Positions 1 through 8,702 of a stretch of 54,348 nt of DNA are shown here, one piece after another. Source of the DNA: a virus. Lineage: Duplodnaviria > Caudoviricetes. Each line of letters starts with the position of its first letter. The first letter of the stretch is position 1. Both the position numbers and the translations under genes were made by a program. Where the stretch lies: the IMG/VR virus record IMGVR_UViG_3300017963_000320, positions 1 to 54,348 of that record; one strand, 5' to 3'. Under the pieces are notes generated by a model. The model had not been told where the DNA came from and made no database searches. It saw only the letters and a list, made by a program, of their open reading frames with translations.

Positions 1-123
1 AAAGCTGAAAAGGAAGCATTTGAAAAAGAGAAAGCAGAACACGAAAAAGAAATGGCAGAATTCAAAGCATGGAAGGAACAACAGGAAAAGGAAAAGGAAC
101 CTGCAAAAGAAAAACTGATCCTG
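1..123. repeat. Terminal direct repeat (identical to 54226-54348); circular assembly overlap
   Basis: aaagctgaaaaggaagc...aaaactgatcctg is present at both ends, and the reading frame continues across the junction. Confidence 0.95.
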
Positions 124-405
124 TCAGAAAACATGAAAGAAGTTCCAATTGATTATTCAGGGATCATTCCTGAAGTGGTCAATGCACCCATTCCTAAAAC
201 AGAAGCAGAACCCACAGAAACGCCCGAGAAAGCCGAACAGGGTTCAGGACAGGTGAAGACCTACGTGATTGTAGTTTCTTTGATGGAAAGGGCAAGCAAT
301 GGAAATCACACGACTTTGGAATCAGAATCCATTCATGGTGTGACTGAAAAAGACTTTCCCCTTGTGAAAACATTCCTTGATTCCCTGAAACAGCCTCAAA
401 ATTGA
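1..405 (+). CDS. 3' part of the coiled-coil phage protein that starts at 53650 and wraps through the junction (about 326 aa in total)
   Basis: Frame 1 at position 1 continues the ORF from 53650; stop at 403-405. Confidence 0.85.
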   Translation, partial: KAEKEAFEKEKAEHEKEMAEFKAWKEQQEKEKEPAKEKLILSENMKEVPIDYSGIIPEVVNAPIPKTEAEPTETPEKAEQGSGQVKTYVIVVSLMERASNGNHTTLESESIHGVTEKDFPLVKTFLDSLKQPQN

Positions 406-429
406 CAGAAAAAAAGTTTCCTGAAAGGC

Positions 430-457
430 TTGAATCTATAGAAAAAATCTATATATT
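430..457 (+). promoter_or_regulatory. Sigma70-like promoter containing an operator variant
   Basis: TTGAAT-N16-TATATT, with ATAGAAAAAATCTAT (438-452, one mismatch to the operator) between the boxes. Confidence 0.6.
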
Positions 458-488
458 GAATTTGTAAACCAAAGGAGAATCCAAAATC

Positions 489-752
489 ATGAAAGAAAGA
501 AAAGAAATCATTGAAGAAATCATCAACCTGAGAATGCAGGCTGAAGATGGAAAGTCTTTTGCAAAAATTGAAAACTCTTTCAGTGCATTTGAACAGGCAG
601 AACTTTTTGCAAATGATGCAATGTCTTTGCAGGTGATTCATGAAATCCCTGAAGAAGAAATCATTGCACACAGAAAAGTTGATGTGATTGAATACGATCC
701 TTTCGGGAATGCAATTGAACCAACAGAAGACATTGATGACCTGCCCTTCTAA
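489..752 (+). CDS. Small acidic protein ending in an SSB-like tail (DDLPF)
   Basis: AAGGAGAATCC RBS; C-terminus EDIDDLPF. Confidence 0.75.
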   Translation: MKERKEIIEEIINLRMQAEDGKSFAKIENSFSAFEQAELFANDAMSLQVIHEIPEEEIIAHRKVDVIEYDPFGNAIEPTEDIDDLPF

Positions 753-774
753 GGGCAGAAAGGAGAATCTGAAA

Positions 775-1014
775 ATGGAAGAAATTATCAAGCAGAATGA
801 AGAAGAAATCAAAGCACAGGTTGCAAGATCACTTGCACAGACAACAATCATTGCTGTGCAGATTGACACACTTGAAAAGCAACGTGCATTCCACAAAGCC
901 ATTGTGAATAAATTTATGGAACAGGAATTCAAAAAGCATGGTGAAGGATCAGAATTCAAATGCATCATTTGCGGTGACACAGACTGTGAACCCATCTGTG
1001 CAGGATGCCAATAA
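775..1014 (+). CDS. Hypothetical protein with C-terminal Cys cluster
   Basis: AGGAGAATC RBS before ATG 775; CIIC...C...CAGC. Confidence 0.7.
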   Translation: MEEIIKQNEEEIKAQVARSLAQTTIIAVQIDTLEKQRAFHKAIVNKFMEQEFKKHGEGSEFKCIICGDTDCEPICAGCQ

Positions 1015-1034
1015 ACAAAAAGGAGAATCAGGAA

Positions 1035-1574
1035 ATGTTTGAAGAAGTCAAAGAAGTTGTGAAGAATGGGGTGATCCTTGCAGGCGGTGCTTGCAGGTCA
1101 CTTCATGACAAAACCCCTGTTGAAGATTATGATTTGTTTTTCATCAAGGATGAAGAACCAAAGCAGAAGAAGATTGACAGGACAATCAGCAGTCTTGAAC
1201 AGAAGGGTTTCAGCATTGTCTTTCAATGTCCTGAAGGACACCTGACAACAATGAAACAGGATGAACTGAAGGTGCAGGTCATTTCAAGGTTTGAATATGA
1301 TTCTGCCCTTGCTTGCATCAGCACCTTTGATTTCCTTGCTTGCTGTATGGCATGGGATGGAATGAAGTTCATTGAACTTGAAGGTGCAATCAATGATGCA
1401 AAGAACAAAGCACTTTCCCTGAACAAACTTGAATATCCTGTTGCCACTTTAAGACGCATGACAAAGTACCTGAAAAAAGGTTATAAACCAAGCAGGGGAT
1501 TGTATGCTGAAATTGTCAGGACAATCAATGAAATGCCTTTGACAGATGACACAATGCTTTATTCAATAGACTGA
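1035..1574 (+). CDS. Nucleotidyltransferase (poly(A) polymerase/CCA head-like, Pol-beta superfamily)
   Basis: ILAGGACRS...EDYDLFF and FDF motifs; RBS before ATG 1035. Confidence 0.7.
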   Translation: MFEEVKEVVKNGVILAGGACRSLHDKTPVEDYDLFFIKDEEPKQKKIDRTISSLEQKGFSIVFQCPEGHLTTMKQDELKVQVISRFEYDSALACISTFDFLACCMAWDGMKFIELEGAINDAKNKALSLNKLEYPVATLRRMTKYLKKGYKPSRGLYAEIVRTINEMPLTDDTMLYSID

Positions 1575-1587
1575 AAGGAAAAATGAA

Positions 1588-2001
1588 ATGGCTGGAAGGA
1601 AAAAAGTATTTAAGAACAAGACACAAATCTTCTACGAAGAAAACTATGAAAGGTTCATCCTGTATGAAGAACATGCAAATGAACAATTGCTTGACTTCAG
1701 TGCATGGTGCAGGCTTGCAGTGCAGACCTTTTTGAAACATAAACCAAGATCATTTCTTATTGAAGAAAGGAAAGAATGGACTACAATAAAACAGGTCAAT
1801 GTTTTTGTTGATCAAAGAATGAAACTGAATTGGAAAAATGATTGGTGCAAACTTGCAAGCAACAGAAGACAGCTTGAAAGATATGCAAAGAAAAACAATC
1901 CACCAATGGCATTGTTGTATCGCAGTGCCTGCAAATGGTTCTATGATGCACAATTGAAATCAACTGAGAAAATAAAACAAGGAGAATCCCAAAATGGATA
2001 A
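1588..2001 (+). CDS. Putative DNA-binding protein, possibly tandem ribbon-helix-helix
   Basis: Two similar units (HANEQLLDFSAWCRLAVQTFL / YAKKNNPPMALLYRSACKWFY). Confidence 0.45.
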   Translation: MAGRKKVFKNKTQIFYEENYERFILYEEHANEQLLDFSAWCRLAVQTFLKHKPRSFLIEERKEWTTIKQVNVFVDQRMKLNWKNDWCKLASNRRQLERYAKKNNPPMALLYRSACKWFYDAQLKSTEKIKQGESQNG

Positions 2002-2608
2002 CCACCAAAAACGAATTGCATTAGGAATGTGCTTCAACAATGCCTGTCAATGGGCAAATCAAAAGAACATTCTTGATGGTGAAGAAAGACAGGATGCAAT
2101 CAAACAGGAAACTGTCAGACTTGCAAGGACATACAAGGAACTTGATTCAATGTTCTTTGACAATGTTCAGCAACCACAGCAGAACACACCACAGAATCCA
2201 CAGAATCCGCCACCACAGCAAAACACACAACAGAAGCAAGGGAATGTCAAACCCTGCAACAAATGCAGTCAGGACATTTATTTGACTGAAGAAAATGGAA
2301 AGTGGAAACCAAAGAATCCTGATGGTTCTGCACATCAATGTTCAGGCAATCAGCAGGACAGCACACATGCAACCAATCAAGCCGATCCTAACGGTCCATC
2401 AGGGAACACAGGCAGTTCCTATTGCAACAGGTGCAATCAGCTTGTGTGGTGGAAGAAAAGCCAAAGAACAGGAAAATCATTCACTGTCAACAAAGATGGT
2501 GAATTCCACAGTTCAACATGTGGACAAAGCACACAGACCACACAGGAAAACACCAACGATGATGAATGGTCAGGTGGGGATTCTGATATTGATGACATTC
2601 CTTTCTAA
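1994..2608 (+). CDS. Zn-finger protein with Q-rich linker and SSB-like acidic tail; possible ssDNA-binding protein
   Basis: Two CxxC...HxC/HxxxC units; ends SDIDDIPF. Confidence 0.6.
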   Translation: MDNHQKRIALGMCFNNACQWANQKNILDGEERQDAIKQETVRLARTYKELDSMFFDNVQQPQQNTPQNPQNPPPQQNTQQKQGNVKPCNKCSQDIYLTEENGKWKPKNPDGSAHQCSGNQQDSTHATNQADPNGPSGNTGSSYCNRCNQLVWWKKSQRTGKSFTVNKDGEFHSSTCGQSTQTTQENTNDDEWSGGDSDIDDIPF

Positions 2609-2627
2609 AATAAACCTATGATACAGG

Positions 2628-2679
2628 ATGCAGGGGTGATTGCTAAAAGGTGACAGGCAATCATCCTTGCATTTTTTTT
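2628..2679 (+). terminator. Rho-independent terminator-like hairpin
   Basis: ATGCAGGGGTGATTGC / GCAATCATCCTTGCAT followed by a T-run. Confidence 0.6.
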
Positions 2680-3072
2680 ATGACAATACCAACACTGAAA
2701 AAGAAGCTCGACAAAATCTTTTCTGAATACATCAGGAAAAGGGATCAAGGAATTTGTTTCACTTGTGAAAACAAGAAAGAATGGAAGAAACAAGATTGTG
2801 GTCATTTCATTCCAAGAGCCTGCACCCCTTTAAGATGGGCAGAAGAAAATTGTCATTGTCAGTGCAAGAAGTGCAACCAGCATCTTGCAGGAAACTTGAA
2901 AGTTTACAGGAACAAACTAATCATGAAATATGGATCAGACTTTGTTGAATATCTTGAACAGCAAAGAAACAAGATTCAAAGACTGACAAAGGCAGAACTG
3001 ATTGCAGTGATTGACTACTATAAAAGCAAGACAAAATCTATTGATCAGGATTCAGAAGAACCACCATTTTAA
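2680..3072 (+). CDS. ninG: NinG/Rap-family recombination endonuclease
   Basis: LDKIFSEYIRKRD, CFTC, DCGHF, NCHCQCKKCN motifs. Confidence 0.85.
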   Translation: MTIPTLKKKLDKIFSEYIRKRDQGICFTCENKKEWKKQDCGHFIPRACTPLRWAEENCHCQCKKCNQHLAGNLKVYRNKLIMKYGSDFVEYLEQQRNKIQRLTKAELIAVIDYYKSKTKSIDQDSEEPPF

Positions 3073-3199
3073 TTTTATATAAAAAATTGTATCATTTATA
3101 AAATTATTTTTATTTCCGAGAATCACTTTCAATTTTCAGATTTTCTTTCATTGTGGATTTCAGGGATCGGCAAACCCTGCAAACTTTAGAACAACCACA

Positions 3200-3269
3200 C
3201 CCTTGCACAGTTCAAGTTTTTGCAGTTTCTTTGACTGCATTTGCCGGACTTGAATTGTCAAGGGTTTTT
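3200..3269 (+). terminator. Long hairpin plus T-run immediately upstream of the initiator gene (possible attenuator)
   Basis: CCCTTGCACAGTTCAAGT pairs with ACTTGAATTGTCAAGGG; inner TGCAGT/ACTGCA stem; TTTTT follows. Confidence 0.5.
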
Positions 3270-3286
3270 CTGACGGAGGCAATAAC

Positions 3287-4003
3287 ATGTCAGATGAATT
3301 TGAGAAAATGCCTGTGCCATTCACACAGGTCAGCAACACTGTTTTGAATGATCCATCCCTTTCATGGAAAGCAAAAGGTGTCTTTGCTTATGTTTACATG
3401 AAGCCTGAAGGATGGACATTTTCAGCAAAGAACATGTCAAAGAATTCAAAGGATTCTATTGATGCAACACAATCAGGAATCAGGGAACTGATTGATGCAG
3501 GCTATCTTACGAAGCAAAAGCAACCTGATGGAAGAATAAAATATACTGCACACCATGAGCCAAAACAGGAAAATCCCTTTTTGGCTGAACCCAAAACAGG
3601 AAAATCCCTTAAAGGGAAAAAGCCTGAAAGGGAAAATCCCTGCCACAATATAAATAAAGATATTTATAGAAATAAAAATGAAGCAAATGTTTTTGCTGTG
3701 CCTTTTCAGAAAGAACATGATCCTGAAATATACAGAACAGGAATCAGGGTTCTTGCACACTTGAACAAAAAGACAGGAAGGAAATTCAAAGAACCAGCAG
3801 GAAACCTTCTTGAAAGGATTGCAGAAGGATTGTCATTTGATGATGCTGTGAAGATCATTGACAACATGTGTTCTGAATGGAAAGGAACAGACTTTGAAAA
3901 GCACCTGCAACCAAACACCCTTTTCAAAAAAGAAAAATATGATGGATATTTGAACAGATCAGTTGAAGAACCTGAAACAGAATTCAAAATAAAGGTTGAT
4001 TGA
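3287..4003 (+). CDS. Phage replication initiator (N-terminal HTH, conserved phage C-terminal domain)
   Basis: FTQVSNTVLNDPSLSWKAKG; HLNKKTGRKF...LQPNTLF...YDGYLN; internal iterons; upstream of DnaB. Confidence 0.85.
   Translation: MSDEFEKMPVPFTQVSNTVLNDPSLSWKAKGVFAYVYMKPEGWTFSAKNMSKNSKDSIDATQSGIRELIDAGYLTKQKQPDGRIKYTAHHEPKQENPFLAEPKTGKSLKGKKPERENPCHNINKDIYRNKNEANVFAVPFQKEHDPEIYRTGIRVLAHLNKKTGRKFKEPAGNLLERIAEGLSFDDAVKIIDNMCSEWKGTDFEKHLQPNTLFKKEKYDGYLNRSVEEPETEFKIKVD
3560..3680. repeat. Iterons plus AT-rich tract: putative replication origin inside the initiator gene
   Basis: CCAAAACAGGAAAATCCCTT twice (3560, 3591), AAAGGGAAAAAGCCT (3611), AAAGGGAAAATCCCT (3627), then AT-rich 3647-3680; lambda-O-like arrangement. 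Confidence 0.7.
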
Positions 4004-4225
4004 ATGAGAACAGAATGTTTGACATGTCAGGATAAACTGTCACCTTCAGAAGCTGTGTTCTGTGAACCATGCAGAACTGCACAAGACCTGAAGCAGTTGA
4101 ATAACCTGAAGAACGATCTCACATGGATCATTGCAGATGCATGCAAAGACAATGATCTTGAATGTGTAAAAAGGGCAAGAGTAGAACTTGCAGAAGTGAA
4201 TGAAATGATTGAAGAATTGATCTAA
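4004..4225 (+). CDS. Small Zn-finger hypothetical protein
   Basis: CLTC...CEPC; lies between initiator and helicase. Confidence 0.65.
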   Translation: MRTECLTCQDKLSPSEAVFCEPCRTAQDLKQLNNLKNDLTWIIADACKDNDLECVKRARVELAEVNEMIEELI

Positions 4226-4241
4226 TAAAGGAGAATCACAA

Positions 4242-5564
4242 ATGTACGAACAAGCAATCATCAGTGCCTTGATGAATGAACCAATGACCCGACCACGAAT
4301 ATTTGCAAAGATATTTGAAAAGGATTTCAACAATAGCCTTGCAAAGGATGCATTCACAACCATCAAACAATTGTATGAAGATGGAACACCAATTGATGAT
4401 GATGAAACCATGACAAGACTTTATGTGAAATATGCATCACTGTTTGAAAACCTTCAACCGATTCACTTTTCAGATGCAATCAATGGTTTGATATACAAAA
4501 GCATCACAGGAAATTGCAGGGAACATGTTCAGTCTTTGCTGGATGACATCAACAATCAGAAAGCAACACTTCCTGAAATACAGGAAAGGATCAAAGACAC
4601 AATTGAAAAGTCAGTTGATTACAGGGTGAACACAAACAAACTTGGAATTGATGAAGTTTCAAGAAAGGCTTATGAAATGATCACCCGACAGTTGAATGTT
4701 GTTCCTTTTGGAATCAGGGAAATTGATAACAAGGCTTGCATGGAACTTGGCACTGTTTCAATCATTGGTGCTCGACCTCGTGTTGGAAAGACAAGCCTTG
4801 CTTTATCCTGCATCAGGAACCAATTGAAAATGCGACAGGGTGTTGGAATTTGGTGTGGTGAAATGTCACCTGAAGATTTGTTCCTGCGAATAATTTCTCA
4901 AGAAATCAATATTCCTTTTCTGAACCTGAAATTGAATTACAAATACCTGTCCGATCTTGAGAAAGAAAAATTTCATCAAGCAAGAAAAGAACTTTCAGAA
5001 ATGAACCTGCACATCAAGACAGGATCAGCAACCACAACAGAACTGAAAGCATGGGCAACAGACATCTGCAAAACAGATGGTGTCAATGTTGTGTGGTGTG
5101 ATTATCTGCAAAGGATGCAACCTAGATTCAACAATGCTTCAAGAAGGGAACAGGTCAGTGATATTTCAAGGGAAATCCACAAGATCGCACAGGAACTGAA
5201 TGTGCCGTTTGCTGTCCTTGCACAGTTGAACAGGCAAGCAGAAAATGCATTCCCTGAAATTGACCACCTTGAAGAATGTTCAAGCATTGAACAGGATGCA
5301 CACCTTGTTTTGTTGATGGACAGACCAAAGGTGAACAAGCCTAATGTAATTAAGCGTGGATACTATGCAGAAACATTTGATCCTGATACAGGAACAGAAA
5401 AGATCAAGCTCGATGAAATGATGGAAGATCAAGACCTGACTGCAATTGTAGTTGCCAAAAACAGGAATGGTTCAACCTGTGTCAGGTTTCTGCAATTTTA
5501 TCCTGAAGCAATGAAGTTTGGGAACCCCTTGTTTGATTTCAAAAGGAAAGGGGAAATGAATTAA
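4242..5564 (+). CDS. dnaB: DnaB-like replicative helicase
   Basis: Walker A GARPRVGKT, GEMS, DYLQ, LAQLNR, IEQDA, VAKNRNG. Confidence 0.95.
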   Translation: MYEQAIISALMNEPMTRPRIFAKIFEKDFNNSLAKDAFTTIKQLYEDGTPIDDDETMTRLYVKYASLFENLQPIHFSDAINGLIYKSITGNCREHVQSLLDDINNQKATLPEIQERIKDTIEKSVDYRVNTNKLGIDEVSRKAYEMITRQLNVVPFGIREIDNKACMELGTVSIIGARPRVGKTSLALSCIRNQLKMRQGVGIWCGEMSPEDLFLRIISQEINIPFLNLKLNYKYLSDLEKEKFHQARKELSEMNLHIKTGSATTTELKAWATDICKTDGVNVVWCDYLQRMQPRFNNASRREQVSDISREIHKIAQELNVPFAVLAQLNRQAENAFPEIDHLEECSSIEQDAHLVLLMDRPKVNKPNVIKRGYYAETFDPDTGTEKIKLDEMMEDQDLTAIVVAKNRNGSTCVRFLQFYPEAMKFGNPLFDFKRKGEMN

Positions 5565-5585
5565 ATTTTGCAAAAAAACTTGCCA

Positions 5586-5615
5586 TTGCTCAAATCTATA
5601 TATTTTATATATAAT
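5586..5615 (+). promoter_or_regulatory. Promoter with a degenerate operator
   Basis: TTGCTC-N18-TATAAT; ATATATTTTATATAT at 5598-5612 (two mismatches to the operator). Confidence 0.45.
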
Positions 5616-5636
5616 TTAACAAAGGAGAATCACCAA

Positions 5637-6197
5637 ATGGAACAGCTTGAACTGTTTGAACAATCTGTCAAAGATGACAGGAAAAAGGGATTGAAAGAAA
5701 AAAAATACGGGGTTCAGCACCTGAACTTTCTGATTCAAGAAAGGGAATGGTTGAATCAGAACAAAGATGAAGGATGTGAATGTCGTGTCTGCGGTCAGAA
5801 TGTCAAGAGATACAAAAGGGCATTCAATTCAGGAATGGCACTTGTCCTGATCAAGTTGTCTGATTGGATTGCAGATCATCCTTCAGAACCTTTTTGCAAA
5901 GTTGAAGATCATCTTCAAGAATGGGGTTTGTCTCATTCAGTCAGGGGTGACTTTCACAAAGCAAGATTTTGGGGTTTGATTGAACCCGACAATGACAGGC
6001 GTGATGACGGATCACAAAGAACAGGATATTGGAAATTGACAAAAGAAGGTTTTGATTTTGTCTTTGAAAGAACAACAATTCCAAGTCATGTTTATCTGTA
6101 CTTAAACAATGAAGAAGGATTCACAAAGGAACACATAAGCATTCGTGATGCATTAGGAACAAAATTTGATTACGAGGCTTTGATGTATGGTCAATGA
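5637..6197 (+). CDS. Hypothetical protein, possible Zn-knuckle plus winged helix
   Basis: RBS before ATG 5637; CRVCGQ; WGLIE...GYWKLTKEG. Confidence 0.65.
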   Translation: MEQLELFEQSVKDDRKKGLKEKKYGVQHLNFLIQEREWLNQNKDEGCECRVCGQNVKRYKRAFNSGMALVLIKLSDWIADHPSEPFCKVEDHLQEWGLSHSVRGDFHKARFWGLIEPDNDRRDDGSQRTGYWKLTKEGFDFVFERTTIPSHVYLYLNNEEGFTKEHISIRDALGTKFDYEALMYGQ

Positions 6198-6427
6198 TGG
6201 CACTGCTTGGAAAAGAAGTTTCATTCACAGGTGATGATGATGAAGCAAGATACAGAATCACAGGGATTGCAGACACAGGACAGAATGTTGTCCTTGTCAT
6301 GAAGAACATTTCTGAAGTGGTCACATTTTATGACAGAAGGATCACTGTTTCACATGAATATTACGAGCAACTTGATAAACAATCCAATGGAAAAGGATCA
6401 CTGATTGTTTCAGTGAAAAATGTCTGA
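6194..6427 (+). CDS. Hypothetical protein
   Basis: Overlapping start/stop with neighbours; genome-typical codon usage. Confidence 0.65.
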   Translation: MMALLGKEVSFTGDDDEARYRITGIADTGQNVVLVMKNISEVVTFYDRRITVSHEYYEQLDKQSNGKGSLIVSVKNV

Positions 6428-6642
6428 TGCGAGTAAACTACGAACAACTAAAAAATTCAAAGCTGAAAGACAAGATCGACAAGGCTATTGCAAAGCCTGT
6501 TGAAAAGCCTGCAAAGGATGATAAAAAAAAGCAAAAGAAAAGAACCAACACAGCAAAGATCAATGATGCAATTGCAAGGGGTGGTTCAGATGGTTTTGAA
6601 TTCTGCACTTCAATGATGAAAAGGAGAACACAAGATGACTGA
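6427..6642 (+). CDS. Hypothetical basic protein
   Basis: Coupled ORF. Confidence 0.6.
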   Translation: MRVNYEQLKNSKLKDKIDKAIAKPVEKPAKDDKKKQKKRTNTAKINDAIARGGSDGFEFCTSMMKRRTQDD

Positions 6643-6943
6643 AGAAATCAAAGAACAGCCAAAAGGCACAATCCTATATATCAAGTTCGACAAATACACA
6701 CAGAAAGCAAAGGTCATCAGGCAGGATGGCAACCATGCATGGATTCAATTCTTTGGATCAACCAAAGTGAAAAAAGAAGTTGATGGAAAAACCAAAACAG
6801 CAAGGATTGATTTCAAGTTGCCTGTTGGAATGACTTTCAAATTGCAGGACAAAGAATATATTTGCGACATGGTAAACATGAAGAACCCAAAAATTTGCAG
6901 GGTGAAACCTGTTGAATACACTGAACAGGATGAAGCAAGATGA
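6635..6943 (+). CDS. Hypothetical protein
   Basis: AAGGAGA RBS; coupled ORF. Confidence 0.65.
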   Translation: MTEEIKEQPKGTILYIKFDKYTQKAKVIRQDGNHAWIQFFGSTKVKKEVDGKTKTARIDFKLPVGMTFKLQDKEYICDMVNMKNPKICRVKPVEYTEQDEAR

Positions 6944-7395
6944 AAAGAAGTGATTTTCTTAAAAGCCTGCTTGGGTTGTCTGCACTAGGTGTTGCAGGGA
7001 TTCCAAAACTGCCAGCATCAACAGAAGAACTTGAACCAATATTTGAAAACAAGTGTGACATTCCTGAATTGATAATTGGTGATTGGAAGTCAGAAATTTA
7101 TTCAATGACATTCACATCACAAATACGAGAACCAATTGACATTTCACATCTTGGTGTTGATAGTCCAATAAAACTTTTGCAACCACCTGAAATAATTTTG
7201 ACATTCCAAATTGCAGATCAATTCATACGATTTTTTCAGAACAGAAAAGTCAAAGTGAATCTTCCTGATGAATGGGCAATGTGCAGTTTAGAATTTCATG
7301 GAACACTGCGAAGGTTTGACCAAAGAATAAGCAATGAAAAATTTGATTACGAAATTGAAATTGCAGTTGATTCACAAATCACAATGACAACATGA
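6940..7395 (+). CDS. Tail-tube-like paralogue with a degenerate Tat-type signal peptide
   Basis: N-terminus MKRSDFLKSLLGLSALGVAG; body aligns by eye with the tail tube at 40119-40508. Confidence 0.55.
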   Translation: MKRSDFLKSLLGLSALGVAGIPKLPASTEELEPIFENKCDIPELIIGDWKSEIYSMTFTSQIREPIDISHLGVDSPIKLLQPPEIILTFQIADQFIRFFQNRKVKVNLPDEWAMCSLEFHGTLRRFDQRISNEKFDYEIEIAVDSQITMTT

Positions 7396-7898
7396 ATCAT
7401 CCAAAGAACCAACTTGATCAAAGCATTGTGCAGGAACTTTTTCAATACGACAGTTCAGGCAATCTTGTGTGGAAAGATGCAGTCAGGAAAAAGTCTGCTG
7501 ATGGTTTTGCAGGAACTGTTGCAAACACAGGATATAGGCAAATTGGCTTTGATGGGAAAAAATATCAGGTGCATGTTCTTGTGTGGAATTATTTCAATGG
7601 GAAAATTCCTGAAGGAAAACTTGTTGATCATATCAATCACAAGAAGACAGACAACAGGTTTGAAAATTTAAGACTTTTAAGCAACAAAGAAAACCTGTCA
7701 CACCGAAAGGTTGCAAAGAACAACAAGACAGGTCACACAGGTGTTTTCTTCAACAGGAAACAGAAGAAATGGTTTGCAGTGATCACAGTGAATGGAAAGA
7801 AACAAGTCATTGGAAGATTTGAAAATGAAGGTCAAGCAATCCAAGCAAGAAAGCAAGCCGAACAAGCAAAGAAATTTTCATACAAGAAAGGAAAATGA
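7392..7898 (+). CDS. HNH homing endonuclease with AP2 domain
   Basis: VDHINHKKTDNRFENLR; NKTGHTGV...W.A.I...IGRF...AIQARKQAE. Confidence 0.9.
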   Translation: MNHPKNQLDQSIVQELFQYDSSGNLVWKDAVRKKSADGFAGTVANTGYRQIGFDGKKYQVHVLVWNYFNGKIPEGKLVDHINHKKTDNRFENLRLLSNKENLSHRKVAKNNKTGHTGVFFNRKQKKWFAVITVNGKKQVIGRFENEGQAIQARKQAEQAKKFSYKKGK

Positions 7899-7901
7899 AA
7901 A

Positions 7902-8702
7902 ATGTCATCACCTATAACATGGACAGACAGCACAAGAAAACTTCATGAACTGCTTCCAAATCCAAGAAACCCAAAAATCCTGACTGAAAAACAAGGTCAA
8001 GGCTTGCAGGTGTCTTTGAAAAAATTTGGTTTTGCAATTCCTGTTTTGATTTCACCATCAAACAAAATCCTTGATGGACACCAAAGAACAAAACTTTTGT
8101 CAGTCATGGAAGAATACGGTGCAGAAGCAGAAATTCCTGTCAGGGTTTCAAGCAGGGAATTCACAGATGAAGAAACAAAGGAATTCATTGTCAGACTGTC
8201 AAAAAATCAAGCAGGCTTTGATTTTGACATGCTTGCAACAGATTATGAAGAAACAGACCTGATCAATTTCGGCTTTGAAGAATGGGAACTTTCAATTGGT
8301 GGTGAAGGTGAAGGTGAAGGTGAAGGTGAAGGTGGTGCTTCAGATGATTACAGCAAGAAGGTTGATTCACCTGTATACGAACCAACAGGAAACAAGCCTG
8401 CACTTTCAGAACTTTGCAGTGATGAAAAGACAAATGAATTGATTGAAGAAATTCAGAATGCAGAACTTCCTGATGATGAAAAAGAATTCCTGATGAAGTG
8501 TGCAACAAGACACAGGGTTTTCAACTACGAAAAGATTGCAGAATATTATTCACATTCATCAAAGGAAGTGCAAGAACTGATGGAAAAGTCTGCACTTGTT
8601 ATCATTGACTTTGAACAAGCAATTGAACAGGGGTACGTCAAGATGTCTGATGCAATCATTGATCAATTCAAAGAAGACTACCCTGAAGAAGTGCCACAAT
8701 GA
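7902..8702 (+). CDS. ParB/Srx-like N-terminal domain protein with (GE)n linker
   Basis: LLPNPRNPK...ILDGHQR; GGTGAA x5 at 8301-8330. Confidence 0.75.
   Translation: MSSPITWTDSTRKLHELLPNPRNPKILTEKQGQGLQVSLKKFGFAIPVLISPSNKILDGHQRTKLLSVMEEYGAEAEIPVRVSSREFTDEETKEFIVRLSKNQAGFDFDMLATDYEETDLINFGFEEWELSIGGEGEGEGEGEGGASDDYSKKVDSPVYEPTGNKPALSELCSDEKTNELIEEIQNAELPDDEKEFLMKCATRHRVFNYEKIAEYYSHSSKEVQELMEKSALVIIDFEQAIEQGYVKMSDAIIDQFKEDYPEEVPQ

Noticed and set aside
3153-3347. 64-aa ORF upstream of the initiator
   Set aside because: No RBS; overlaps the structured leader and the initiator start
8301-8333. GGTGAA x5 repeat as a phase-variation tract
   Set aside because: The hexamer unit preserves frame; it only encodes a flexible GE linker
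7902-8702. Plasmid-prophage partition system
   Set aside because: No ParA or parS array; the ParB-like domain is coupled to a glycosyltransferase near the terminase
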